Origin: Microcoleus sp.
GTDB lineage: Bacteria > Cyanobacteriota > Cyanobacteriia > Cyanobacteriales > Microcoleaceae
Assembly: GCA_042408215.1 (NCBI GenBank)
Contig: JAYFMW010000012.1
Coordinates: 1-64,000, forward strand
Direction of reading: 5' to 3'
DNA length: 64,000 nucleotides
Made by a program: the position numbers and the translations under genes. Positions 41,923-53,000 of the stretch are shown here, in pieces (the stretch's first letter is position 1; every line of letters starts with the position of its first letter). The notes under the pieces were generated by a model that did not search any database, had not been told where the DNA came from, and saw nothing but the letters and a program-made list of their open reading frames with translations.

Positions 41923-42010
41923 CTTAATTCATACCATCAGGACACGGCAGTGCCGTTTCCCTACTCATGATTATTTTACGGTAGGGAAACCGCTCCGTGC
42001 CCTCCAGGAG

Positions 42011-43243
42011 CTAAGTCTTAATAAGATCAGCTAGATCAGGAGAAAGTAACAGGTTCGGAAATAGTAAAGTTTCCAAGTAATGAAACTTTATTCCGTAAAG
42101 ACTCTTGATTTCTTTAATTTGTGCAAGAATCTGAGTTTTATCTATATTCCGATTAGTTTTAATTCCTACAATCATGATATTTTTACTTGTATGCTCAGAA
42201 GATATAAACTCAAAAACCTTAGCCTCGTAGCCAGATAATTCAAGTAGGAGCGCTCTTAATCCATCAGTCACTATTTCTGATTGTCTCTCTAGCAAAATTC
42301 CAAACTTCAGGATATCCTTCAAACTCGTAGTGGGAGCCATTTCTTTCCTAACTTGCTTGTGGCAGCATGGCGCTAGGATAATTAAAGAAGAATGAGACTT
42401 TATTCCTTGATAAATTGCATCATCTGTTGCAGTATCGCACGCATGGAGCGCTATGGTCACATCTGTTTTTTCGGCGCTGTAACTCTTGATATTTCCCGGC
42501 TCGAAATGTAAATTTTCAAAATTCACCGATTCGGCAACAGAATTACAAAATGCTACTAAATTTGTTCTGCTTTCTATCCCAATAACTGATGCTTGCTTAT
42601 TCAGAATATTGTTCAAAAAATCATACATTGCAAAGGTCAAGTATCCCTTACCTGAACCCATATCAACGACAGATAACTGATTTATTGCTGCCAATCCTGA
42701 TGATTCAAGTAAGCCATCCACAATTTCAACAAACTTATCGATCTGCCTGAACTTATCTTCCATCGTTTTCACGACGTTACCCTGCTTATTTGTAATGCCT
42801 AATGCTGTAAGATAGGCATTATTTTCAGATGCAATCCATCGTTGCTTTTTGCGATCGTGTTCCTGCGGAATTGTGCTAGCATAGTCAGGAAAAGTGGGCT
42901 TAATAAAAGAGAGTCTTAGTTTCTGATTATTGCCATATTCAAGTTGAATATCTTGTTTTATGGTGAATAATCTGCTACTCATAAAATCGTTGCCAATCAA
43001 GGTATTGACTAGATTAATGCCATCCGGTATAGAGTGATTAGTTGCGATTTCTTTGGTTTTATAGCAGTAGGTCAAAGATAATTTGATGCCAGATTTTATT
43101 TTGATAATTCTAGCAACAAGTTTATTTAAAAAATCTTCTTTGCCTCGATACTTTCCCAAAGTCAATCTAACAAACTCTTGGCTCTCAATACTAGCGGTTA
43201 GAATGGAGATGAACTGTTCTTGTGTGTTGGTATTGGTAGTCAT
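42011..43243 (-). CDS. Class I SAM-dependent methyltransferase (Methyltransf_32-like)
   Basis: VVDMGSGKGYLTF; ALHACDTATDDA; APCCH. Confidence 0.85.
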   Translation of the reverse strand: MTTNTNTQEQFISILTASIESQEFVRLTLGKYRGKEDFLNKLVARIIKIKSGIKLSLTYCYKTKEIATNHSIPDGINLVNTLIGNDFMSSRLFTIKQDIQLEYGNNQKLRLSFIKPTFPDYASTIPQEHDRKKQRWIASENNAYLTALGITNKQGNVVKTMEDKFRQIDKFVEIVDGLLESSGLAAINQLSVVDMGSGKGYLTFAMYDFLNNILNKQASVIGIESRTNLVAFCNSVAESVNFENLHFEPGNIKSYSAEKTDVTIALHACDTATDDAIYQGIKSHSSLIILAPCCHKQVRKEMAPTTSLKDILKFGILLERQSEIVTDGLRALLLELSGYEAKVFEFISSEHTSKNIMIVGIKTNRNIDKTQILAQIKEIKSLYGIKFHYLETLLFPNLLLSPDLADLIKT

Positions 43244-43316
43244 TATTTATGATGAATCATGTTTTTACAGCGGTTTGGAACCGCTGTATTGTTTTTTGGG
43301 CTTTGAAGTAAGGCTA

Positions 43317-44306
43317 TCAGACTTGAGCAGCTTTGGCTGTCACTGTCTCTGTTAATTGTCGCGACGAATTAGTCCGTACAGCGCGGAACATCCCGAACCG
43401 GCAAAGACCGGCACCGAATGCTAATCGCATCAGTAAAAGAGTTGGTACTTCTCGCAAAGATTTAATGAAACCTGATAAACCAAAACGCACTAATCCTGCT
43501 GGTCTAGCGACTCCTTGCCAGATAGAATCTAACCAAGAAGGAATTGTTTGTTCCGTCCAATCTGCTGTGACTACTTTTCCCTCGACGAATTCGGTTGCTT
43601 CCAAAAGTTCGGAAAAGCCCTCGATGCTTGAAAACGCGGGATGTGACCATTGATCCAGCAATTGCTGCATGACTGGTTTCTCCCAAAAATTGAGCGGTTT
43701 TTGCCGATCGTCCCTTTGATTCCAGTCAGCTAAAACCAGGACTCCACCGGGCTTGAGCACTCTCATCAACTCACGGGCAAAAATGGCTTTGTCCGGCATA
43801 TGGGGGCCAGCTTCGATCGACCAAACTACATCAAAACTACCATCAGGAAAAGAAAGCGCCATAGCATCATCCACCAGAAACTGCAAATCAAGTTCCTGAG
43901 AAGTTAACTGCTGGGCGCGTTGGACTTGTTGGGGACTAATAGTAATAGCTGTGACTGCAAAGCCGTAATCCCGTGCCAAAATGCGGCTGCTACCGCCAAT
44001 TCCACACCCAACATCTAAGACGGTAGTACCAGGGGGCAATTTATCTAAACCACCCCAACTGACCATTTCATGTACGAAGTCAGATTTAGCAACGAGAAAA
44101 TCTTTCCGTTGGGGTGGGGAACCATAATGACCTAAGTGGATATGTTCGCCCCAGTAAAATTCCAAAATACCGTCTTCTGTCCATTCGTCGTAGGAGTTGG
44201 CTACGGAGTTAGATGATTGATAACTGCGAGGTGTAATGAGGTATAAGGCGATGCCTACTGTCGTTAGTGCGAGGAGAATTCCTAGGGCCCAAACAAATAA
44301 ATTCAT
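43317..44306 (-). CDS. MPBQ/MSBQ methyltransferase (tocopherol/plastoquinone pathway)
   Basis: SVANSYDEWTEDGILEFYWGEHIHLGHY; LDVGCGIGGS; WSIEAGPHMPDK. Confidence 0.85.
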   Translation of the reverse strand: MNLFVWALGILLALTTVGIALYLITPRSYQSSNSVANSYDEWTEDGILEFYWGEHIHLGHYGSPPQRKDFLVAKSDFVHEMVSWGGLDKLPPGTTVLDVGCGIGGSSRILARDYGFAVTAITISPQQVQRAQQLTSQELDLQFLVDDAMALSFPDGSFDVVWSIEAGPHMPDKAIFARELMRVLKPGGVLVLADWNQRDDRQKPLNFWEKPVMQQLLDQWSHPAFSSIEGFSELLEATEFVEGKVVTADWTEQTIPSWLDSIWQGVARPAGLVRFGLSGFIKSLREVPTLLLMRLAFGAGLCRFGMFRAVRTNSSRQLTETVTAKAAQV

Positions 44307-44369
44307 TGAGAGTAAGTGTGAATATCTTTCCATAATTTTAGCTGATTTATATTAGTAACGAGAGATCTT

Positions 44370-44673
44370 TTAGGGTGCGTCGCTATCAGATTTTTCAGGT
44401 TTCCCAGTAGATGACTGATGGCGACGCACCCTACGATATTTACTACGATAGGTGCGTCGCTATCAGATTTTTCAGGTTTCCCAGTAGATGACTGATGGCG
44501 ACGCACCCTAGGATATTTACTTGTAGGGTGCGTCGCTATCAGATTTTTTAGGTTTCCCAGTAGATGACTGATGGCGACGCACCCTAGGATATTTACTTGT
44601 AGGGTGCGTCGCTATCAGATTTTTTAGGTTTCCCAGTAGATGACTGATGGCGACGCACCCTAGGATATTTACT
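44370..44673. repeat. Four tandem ~75-bp REP-doublet hairpin units
   Basis: TAGGGTGCGTCGC-TATCAGATTTTT(C/T)AGGTTTCCCAGTAGATGACTGAT-GGCGACGCACCCTA x4. Confidence 0.92.
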
Positions 44674-46268
44674 TAGATTTTAGAGGCTGCTTCCATTTGG
44701 CGCACGACTGTTAAAGCAGAATAGGAAACGCCGGCGGTTCCTTCTCCGGGATGGGTGGAGTCGCCCACCAACCAGAGGTTTTGAATGGGTGTGCGATTAG
44801 CAAAGCCGAAGGGCCCGAAGGTTGGTACTCGCTGGCCGATGCCGCCCACAACGCCTCTATCTCTCGCTGTATAACGCGCAAAGGTGCGGGGTGTAGCTGA
44901 TTCTTGATGGACGATCGCCCCTGGTGTTAAATCGAAATATTCGCTCAAACGGGCGATCGCCCCTGCGGTATATTGTTGCTTCAACCCTTCATAATCCGTA
45001 CAATTCCACCACATTCGAGTATCAGTAAAGGAAGAAGCAATGACAGTCGCCATTCCCGCTGGTGCTCTACCATCTCCCGGATGACTGACAGAAACAAACA
45101 ATGAATTATTCTCGCCTATCTCGCCGTCGTAGTCATAGAGAAACTGAAGATGAGGCGGACAATTTGCCGGAATTGCGCTTTCTTTCACTCCTAAATATAT
45201 CACAAAAGCGCCGGATGCAGGCGGCAATTTATCGACTCGATATTTGTAGCCATTCATTTGATAGGGCAATTTAGCATCCGGTGATTTTGTAACGGATTTG
45301 TCCGATAAATCTGCGGATTCTTGTGATGTTATTGAATCAGTTTCTAACAATTTAACTAGATTTTGTGCGGTGACGTTGGCGACAATATCATCGGCGGTTT
45401 CTGTCCAAACTTCGCCGGTTTTTTGATTGCGAATCACTGTACCGATCGCTTTACCGTTGGCTGTGACAATGCTTTCAACGGTGTGACGGAGTAAAAGTTT
45501 GCCGCCATCTCGTTCGATCGCATCTACGAGTCGATCGCTCAATACCTGCATACTCCCTTGCAGATGATACAATCCTTGTGGCTCTTGGGAAACCCCCAAA
45601 GCCGTCGCCGCGTAAAGTAGCGCTGTTTCTTCGGTGTCTACTTGAGAATACAATTTTAACTGCAAATCCAGAAAAGTTCTCAAGCGCAAATTATCGCCCA
45701 ATCCACAAAGCCGCAAAGCATCTCCCACTGTCATAAAAGTGAAAGGTAAAGTAATCAGAGTATCGGGGCGAACAGCTTTAATTAATTGCCAGAAATCCCA
45801 GAAGTTTCTGGGCGGTAAAACTGGATCGCGCCCTTGAAATTTCCAGCTAGCTTGGAATAATGTAGATAATAATTGCCAAAAAGGTTCGCTTCCGGGAAAC
45901 TGTTTTTGTCTTTCTTGTTGCCACTTTTGGGGATTTCGCCAGACGCTAATGGGTGCGGTTTCTCCTGGCAAAAATACTGCACAGGCCCGATCGCAGGGTG
46001 TGGCTGCAGGAAGCTCTATATCTAATTCTGAGAAGATGCGGTGGTGAATGCCTCCGGGCTCCAATCCTGCTACTTGGGTGGCACCGACATCGAAGGTAAA
46101 GCCTTTGCGCTTGAAGGTGGAAGCGCAGCCGCCGGGGACGATCGCCTGATCTAAGACTAGCACCTGGTATCCTCTGCGAGCTAGCAAGGCGGCTGCTGTC
46201 AAACCGCCGATTCCGGCTCCGATGACGGTGACGCGGGATTTGCTCTGAGGTGTGCGATCGCTTGCCAT
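44673..46268 (-). CDS. crtD: Carotenoid C-3',4' desaturase CrtD
   Basis: GAGIGGL FAD motif; FDVGATQVAGLEPGGIH; GDSTHPGEGTAGVSYSA. Confidence 0.85.
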   Translation of the reverse strand: MASDRTPQSKSRVTVIGAGIGGLTAAALLARRGYQVLVLDQAIVPGGCASTFKRKGFTFDVGATQVAGLEPGGIHHRIFSELDIELPAATPCDRACAVFLPGETAPISVWRNPQKWQQERQKQFPGSEPFWQLLSTLFQASWKFQGRDPVLPPRNFWDFWQLIKAVRPDTLITLPFTFMTVGDALRLCGLGDNLRLRTFLDLQLKLYSQVDTEETALLYAATALGVSQEPQGLYHLQGSMQVLSDRLVDAIERDGGKLLLRHTVESIVTANGKAIGTVIRNQKTGEVWTETADDIVANVTAQNLVKLLETDSITSQESADLSDKSVTKSPDAKLPYQMNGYKYRVDKLPPASGAFVIYLGVKESAIPANCPPHLQFLYDYDGEIGENNSLFVSVSHPGDGRAPAGMATVIASSFTDTRMWWNCTDYEGLKQQYTAGAIARLSEYFDLTPGAIVHQESATPRTFARYTARDRGVVGGIGQRVPTFGPFGFANRTPIQNLWLVGDSTHPGEGTAGVSYSALTVVRQMEAASKI

Positions 46269-46413
46269 AATTGATTTATTGTAATATTTCTTAATATTAT
46301 GCTCAGATTTCGCAACAAAACGTAAAACGCGATCGGTGTTAGATCCCCGACTTCTTTAAGAAGTCGGGGATCTGAATAGCGATCGCGCGATCGCTCCTGC
46401 TGCTGATTTAGAA

Positions 46414-48303
46414 TCAGTGACGGCGCCACTTGTTGAGATAAGCTTCTCCAATCCCAGCAACTGCTTGCTGTTGAGCTAGCTTGTCTTGTAAAGCTTTGAT
46501 GGTTCTTAGCTGTTCTTGAGACTGTTGCTGCAAAGCGTCATAATTTCGCTGTTTGGCTGCACTCTGGCTCAATTGATGCTCTATATCTTGCAACTTGGTT
46601 AGTTGAACTTGGAAATGGTCGATCGCACTTTCCCGTTCTGTCAACTGTTGCTGTAAAGTTTCGTAACTTGACTTACTTACACTTTCGTGCAATTGCTGTT
46701 CCAGATTTTGCTTTTCTTGGGCTGATTGAGCCAGCAAAGAATTGAGCGCACTTTCCCGTTCCGACAACTGTTGCTGTAAAGTTTCGTAACTTGACTTACT
46801 TACACTTTCGTGCAATTGCTGTTCCAGAGTTTGCTTTTCTTGGGCTGATTGAGCCAGCAAAGAATTGAGCGCACTTTCCCGTTCCGACAACTGTTGCTGT
46901 AATTGCTGTTCGAGATTTTGCTTTTCAGCTAATTGAGAATGCAATTGGGCGATCGCACTTTCCCGTTCCGTCAACTGTTGCTGTAAAGTTTCGTAACTTC
47001 TTACACTTTCGTGCAATTGGTGTTCGAGATTTTGTTTTTCTTGAGCCAATTGAGAATGCAATTGGTCGATCGCACTTTCCCGTTCCGACAACTGTTGCTG
47101 TAAACTTTCGTAACTTCTTACACTTTCGTGCAATTGGCTTTCCAGATTTTGCTTTTCTTGGGCTGATTGAGCCAGCAAAGAATTGAGGGAATTTTCCCGT
47201 TCCGACAACTGTTGATGCAATTGCTGTTCGAGATTTTGCTTTTCGGCCAATTGAGAATGCAATTGGGCGATCGCACTTTCCCGTTCCGACAACTGTTGCT
47301 GTAAAGTTTCGTAACTTGACTTACTTACACTTTCGTGCAATTGCTGTTCCAGATTTTGCTTTTCTTGGGCTGATTGAGCCAGCCAAGAATTGAGGGAATT
47401 TTCCCGTTCCGACAACTGTTGCTGTAATTGCTGTTCGAGATTTTGTTTTTCGGCTAATTGAGAATGCAATTGGTCGATCGCACTTTCCCGTTCCGACAAC
47501 TGTTGCTGTAAAGTTTCGTAACTTGACTTACTTACACTTTCGTGCAATTGCTGTTCCAGATTTTGCTTTTCTTGGGCTGATTGAGCCAGCCAAGAATTGA
47601 GGGAATTTTCCCGTTCCGACAACTGTTGCTGTAATTGCTGTTCCAGATTTTGTTTTTCGGCTAATTGAGAATGCAATTGGGCGATCGCACTTTCCCGTTC
47701 CGACAACTGTTGCTGTAAAGTTTCGTAACTTGACTTACTTACACTTTCGTGCAATTGCTGTTCCAGATTTTGCTTTTCTTGGGCTGATTGAGCCAGCCAA
47801 GAATTGAGGGAATTTTCCCGTTCTGTCAACTGTTGCTGTAAAGTTTCGTAACTTGACTTACTTACACTTTCGTGCAATTGGCTTTCCAGAGTTTGCTTGT
47901 CGGCCAATTGAGCATTCAATTGGGCGATCGCACTTTCCCGTTCCGTCAACAGTTGCTGTAAAGATTCGTAACTTGCTTGCAGCGGATTTGGCTGTTCCAA
48001 TTGAGTTTCGGCCGTTTCAGCGCCATTAACTGCGCTTTCGGAGGCTGTTTCTTCTGGAACCTCGGCGACCTCGACTGCACTCCCTTGACTTTTTTTCCAA
48101 GTGACAGTAACTTCCGTCTTGTCCCTAGAAATATCCAGAGCGCCTTTTGCTAAGCGTTCTAGGAGTTCCGACCTGGATATGTCGAGCTTTCGAGCGATCG
48201 CATTCAATCGATCGGCACTATAGGGTGTCAGCGAAAGTCCGACTTTGACCTTGCTTACTGAATCTGAACTAACTGGACTGCGATTTTTTTTTACCATTGG
48301 CAT
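46414..48303 (-). CDS. RHH/CopG-domain protein with long tandem-repeat coiled coil
   Basis: KVGLSLTP...LDISRSELLERLA N-terminus; repeated SYETLQQQLSERE modules. Confidence 0.75.
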   Translation of the reverse strand: MPMVKKNRSPVSSDSVSKVKVGLSLTPYSADRLNAIARKLDISRSELLERLAKGALDISRDKTEVTVTWKKSQGSAVEVAEVPEETASESAVNGAETAETQLEQPNPLQASYESLQQLLTERESAIAQLNAQLADKQTLESQLHESVSKSSYETLQQQLTERENSLNSWLAQSAQEKQNLEQQLHESVSKSSYETLQQQLSERESAIAQLHSQLAEKQNLEQQLQQQLSERENSLNSWLAQSAQEKQNLEQQLHESVSKSSYETLQQQLSERESAIDQLHSQLAEKQNLEQQLQQQLSERENSLNSWLAQSAQEKQNLEQQLHESVSKSSYETLQQQLSERESAIAQLHSQLAEKQNLEQQLHQQLSERENSLNSLLAQSAQEKQNLESQLHESVRSYESLQQQLSERESAIDQLHSQLAQEKQNLEHQLHESVRSYETLQQQLTERESAIAQLHSQLAEKQNLEQQLQQQLSERESALNSLLAQSAQEKQTLEQQLHESVSKSSYETLQQQLSERESALNSLLAQSAQEKQNLEQQLHESVSKSSYETLQQQLTERESAIDHFQVQLTKLQDIEHQLSQSAAKQRNYDALQQQSQEQLRTIKALQDKLAQQQAVAGIGEAYLNKWRRH

Positions 48304-48399
48304 TTTCCTGACGCCAATCTACACTTATTAGTATAGTGGCTGAAACTTCTGTTAAAATGAATTCTTGTTACTTACCAATTGTGGCAGATTTCGTTCCAA

Positions 48400-49947
48400 T
48401 TGACACTCCCCGGTCTAAAGACACGGGGATTCTTAAGGACAAACTTTGGGGGATGAATCCGCCCAAAGCTTAATTCTCAAAGGGTTAGTCAGAAACCCCC
48501 TACCCACTCGCTCAAGAATTGAGTCTATGGCTACTTTTGACTTTCTAATGATATTAGCAGCACCGTTAACATCTGCATTGATTAACAACCCAGCGCTAGA
48601 ACAGTACAATCCTCTTTTGATTCTTTTACCCGATGGTTGCCAATTGTCAGGTTTTTCACCGACTTTTACTGGCAAAATATCTCGGTCTAAAAAACTTGCT
48701 TTTGATGTGTAAGATTCATCTTGTTCGACAAATCGCCACCCCTTTAAGTCGCATTCTTGTTGGAGCCTTTCTTTGACTTTAGCAGTGGGTATTTGGACAA
48801 AGTTCTGATTAGTCACGACCCCCATATTAACATCTTGTTTCTGTCCCTTGTTCCAGCCAAAGACTAAGACATTGATTTGGCGATCTTCGCAATAATCTAC
48901 GATGGTTCTCACTGCTTTGTTGACAGCATCTCTCATCCTTCTAGTGCGAGTTTCCGACAACTGTTGTAATCTTTTTGACGAGAAACCTTTGGGTAATTTA
49001 TGTATTGCGTGTTCTGATTGAACTCTCGCTTTTTCTTTGTTAAACCATTGGTTCCAAGACTTGAGTCTATGTCCATCAATAATGAAAGGTTTACCATTGC
49101 TAGAGACACAAGTTAACCAGTTATTGATGCCGTGATCTATTCCCAAAACCCCTGTTACTTCCAGGCTACAACTAGGAGCTTGTTCAGTCAGAGATTCGTA
49201 GACGTATTCGACCCATACCGCACCATTTCTAGGGATTAACCTGAGTTCTTCGATCTGGCAATTCTTGATCCGTTCAGGTAGCGGAACCCAAAGCGCATCT
49301 TTCCCAAAGTATTCTTTTCCTTTTTTCCCCAGGGGTAATCTGACTTTATTTCCAATTACCTTTAATGCTTGACCGGGATATGAAACAGGGTACATTCCTC
49401 CTTTAGTTCTATACTTTGGTAGTCTCGGTTTTTGATGGATTTCTCCTTGATTTGCCAACTTCTCTAAGGCTCGGAAAGAAGTAAAAGATTCTGCGACAGA
49501 TTTAAGAGATTGTTGGGCAACTTGAGAGTATAGCAACCCGTAATTTTCGTTGGTTTTGGCTATTTTATACAAATCTGGATATTTAACTACGCTTGGGTTC
49601 TTAAAGTATCGTTGCCGACTTTCGTAAGTTCCGACATTAAACAGATTATTTGACCATCTCAAGAGTTGTTCGACAATGGTTTTGTCGAGTCCTTTTAAAT
49701 GCCAAACATCTTTTTGTACTGCGTACATTTAACTTACTGGCTATTGTGACACCAGGTTTAGTATAGATCGTGAATTAACAAGTTAATTAATCCTAAACAA
49801 ATCTTTACCTTGGTCTCAATTGCTAGAAGGATTTGTCCGGGGACGGTTAAACATTATGTTATATTGAAACTTACGAACAGGCAGGATAAATCCTGCCACG
49901 CCCTTTCATCCCTGGACTAAAGTCACAGGGTTTTCAGGGTATTTCTT
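48400..49947 (-). mobile_element. IS605/IS1341-type TnpB-only element (copy 3)
   Basis: Minus strand: TTTAT|AAGAAATACCCTGAAAACCCTGTGACTTTAGTCCAGGG left end; AAGAATCCCCGTGTCTTTAGACCGGGGAGTGTCAA right end. Confidence 0.85.
48433..49728 (-). CDS. tnpB: RNA-guided endonuclease TnpB
   Basis: LGIDHGINN, QDESYTSK, INADVNGAANI. Confidence 0.92.
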   Translation of the reverse strand: MYAVQKDVWHLKGLDKTIVEQLLRWSNNLFNVGTYESRQRYFKNPSVVKYPDLYKIAKTNENYGLLYSQVAQQSLKSVAESFTSFRALEKLANQGEIHQKPRLPKYRTKGGMYPVSYPGQALKVIGNKVRLPLGKKGKEYFGKDALWVPLPERIKNCQIEELRLIPRNGAVWVEYVYESLTEQAPSCSLEVTGVLGIDHGINNWLTCVSSNGKPFIIDGHRLKSWNQWFNKEKARVQSEHAIHKLPKGFSSKRLQQLSETRTRRMRDAVNKAVRTIVDYCEDRQINVLVFGWNKGQKQDVNMGVVTNQNFVQIPTAKVKERLQQECDLKGWRFVEQDESYTSKASFLDRDILPVKVGEKPDNWQPSGKRIKRGLYCSSAGLLINADVNGAANIIRKSKVAIDSILERVGRGFLTNPLRIKLWADSSPKVCP

Positions 49948-50076
49948 ATAAATCGCACAACATTTCGACAGAGCGCCTCCTAGCTGGATCGGGAGCTAGA
50001 TAGCTCATCCTTGACTTTCTGGTAAAATGTTGCAAGATAGAGGCAAGCGCCACGTAGGTGTCTGCAAGAAAAAAAC

Positions 50077-53000
50077 ATGAATCCTCAAAAGTCTTCCCAG
50101 AAATCCCAACCCAAAGCCGCTCTGGAAGCCGAGGGAAAGCTACAAAACGATCGAGACGAATTATTTCCCGTCGTCGGGATTGGAGCCTCTGCGGGAGGAT
50201 TGGAAGCCTTTACCCAATTACTGAGCCATTTGCCGATCGATACAGGCATGGCGTTTGCGATAATTCAGCATATGTCGCCAGATCAGGAAAGTATGTTGAG
50301 TGTGATTCTGGCTCGATCGACCCAGATGGCTGTGCATGAGGTGGCAGATGGGATGGCTGTAGCACCGAATCAAGTATACGTCATCCCCCCGAATGTCGGC
50401 ATGACTATCGATCGAGGGGTGCTGAAGCTAACGCCTCGCAGCAGAGGAAGCGGGATATTTATGTCCGTCGATACTTTTCTGGTTTCCCTCGCCACAGAAC
50501 GGGGGAACAAAGCCATCGGCGTCGTTCTGTCCGGGGCCGACGGCGATGGTTCCCGAGGATTAGCAGCGATTAAGGCCGCAGGCGGTATTACTTTTGCCCA
50601 ATCTGAAGCATCGGCACAAGTCAGCAATATGCCGAATACTGCGGTGGCTACTGGTCAGGTAGACTTCATCTTGACCCCGCAAAAAATTGCCCAGAAGATC
50701 GCCGAAATCAGCCGTCATCCCTACATTGTCGATCGGCCCAACGACTCCGCTCAGGGGCCTGGAAGTGGAAGGGCTCAGGGGCCTGGAAGTGGAAGGGATC
50801 GGGAACCGCCTGGGAAAAAATCGATCGCCTCCTCGCTGGCGATCGAAAATAAAGAGGCGATCGCCACGATCTACAGTTTGCTGCGCGTGGCTACAGGAGT
50901 TGACTTTACCCACTACAAGCAAACCACCTTGAAGCGACGGATACAGCGACGGATGTTGCTGTATAAGCTGGAACGGATCGAAGAATATGCCCAATATCTC
51001 CAAAACAATCCGACAGAAGTAACGGCGTTGTATCACGATGTCTTAATTCATGTCACCAGCTTTTTCCGTGACTCCGAAAGCTTTGAAGCATTAAGCAGCA
51101 AGGTTTTTCCCGAAATCGTCAAAGATAAATTGTCGCAAACACCGATCCGAATTTGGATTGCTGGCTGTTCCACGGGCGAAGAAGCTTACTCGATCGCCAT
51201 CTGCTTGCTAGAGTTTTTAGCAGAACGAGCTACTCATCTGCCAATTCAGATTTATGCGACAGACATCTGTGAGACTGCGATCGCCAAGGCCCGCACCGGA
51301 TTTTATACAGCTAGCCAAGTCGCGGATGTTTCACCCGAACGTCTGCATCGGTTCTTTGTTCAAGTCGAGGGCGGATACCAAATCGGTAAGCAGGTGCGCG
51401 AACTCTGTGTCTTTGCTAGACAAAACCTGATTAGCGATCCGCCGTTTTCCCGGATGGATTTGATTAGCTGTCGGAATGTGCTGATCTATCTGGGAACCCA
51501 GTTGCAGAAAAAGCTGCTCCCAATATTCCACTATGGGCTTGTGTCCGGGGGCTTTTTGCTGTTAGGTTCTTCGGAAACGATCGGTGATTGTTCAGAATTG
51601 TTTACGCTCTTCGACAAAAAGCACAAACTTTATACCAAAAAAGAGCTATCCCATCGGCTCAGGATTGATTTAACGGCCAGCAACTATCCTCTGACAGTCA
51701 TCAACTCTGCACCAATGGTGACCGAAACCTTGAACGACATCGAAATGGAGAAAGAGGCCGATCGAATCGTTTTAAATCAATACGCCCCAGTCGGTGTCGT
51801 GATTAACAGCGTCAGCGAGATTCTGCAATTTCGAGGACAGACGAGCGCCTACCTAGAACCGGCTCCCGGTAAGGCGAGCTTTAACCTGCTGAAAATGGCA
51901 AAAGAAGGATTGCGCCTCGCACTACGCACTGCAATTCAACAAGCAAAACAGCAGCATTTGGCTGTTGAACGTACTGGCTTGCAAATTACAGAAGGCGAAA
52001 GCATTCGGCTCGTCAGAATCAATGTGATTCCATTCCAAGCAGGCGCTGTGTCAAAAGACCATTTTTTAGTTTTGTTTCAAGACGAACCGCCACGACCTGC
52101 TTCTTTGGAGGCTGCGGACGATGGTAGTGTCAACTCCGAGTCGCAAACGGGTCAAAGTCAGGAGATGGCGAGGCTCCAACAGGAACTGAAAACGACAAAA
52201 GAGCACCTGGAATCGATCGTCCAGGAGCATCAAGCCGCTAACCAAGATTTGAGAGCAGCCAACGAGGAGATTTTGTCGAGCAACGAAGAGTTGCAAAGCA
52301 TGAATGAGGAATTGGAAACTGCTCAAGAAGAGATTCAAGCAACCAATGAAGAACTGAACACGATTAATGAGGAACTGCAACGGCGCAATGTTGAATCAAC
52401 TAATGTCAGTAACGATTTACAGAATCTGCTCAGCAGCATCAATATTCCCATCCTGATGGTGTCCAGCGACCTGCGTATCCGCCGGTTTACTCCCGCAGTC
52501 GAAGGCATCTTCAACTTGATTTATACCGATGTCGGGCGCTCTTTGAGTGACATCACCCACAAGTTGAATTTGCCGGACTTAGAGCAACAGATTTTAGAGG
52601 TGATTCGCACGCTCCATTGGAAAGTTCAGGAGGTTCAAGATCGAGACGGTCATTGGTATGATTTGCGGATTCGACCCTATCGGACGATCGACAACAAGAT
52701 TGACGGGGCTGTGGTGTTGTTGGTGGATATCGACCAACTCAAACAGAGCACCCAGCAGTTGATGGAAGCCAAAATTTACGCCGAAACCATCGTGGAAACC
52801 GTGCGGGAACCATTGCTAGTGCTAGATCTAAACCTGCGGGCGATCGGCGCCAATCATGCTTTCTACCAAAAGTTTCAGGTTCAGCCCATCCAAACAGAGC
52901 ACCGCTCGATCTTCGAACTGGGTAATGGACAGTGGAATATTCAGTCCTTGCGATCGCTCCTAGAAGCAATTCTGGCAGGCCGGGGGGAGTTTCAAGATTT

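Noticed and set aside
44370..44673. CRISPR-like periodic repeats
   Set aside because: Intervening sequences are identical rather than unique spacers, and no cas genes are present
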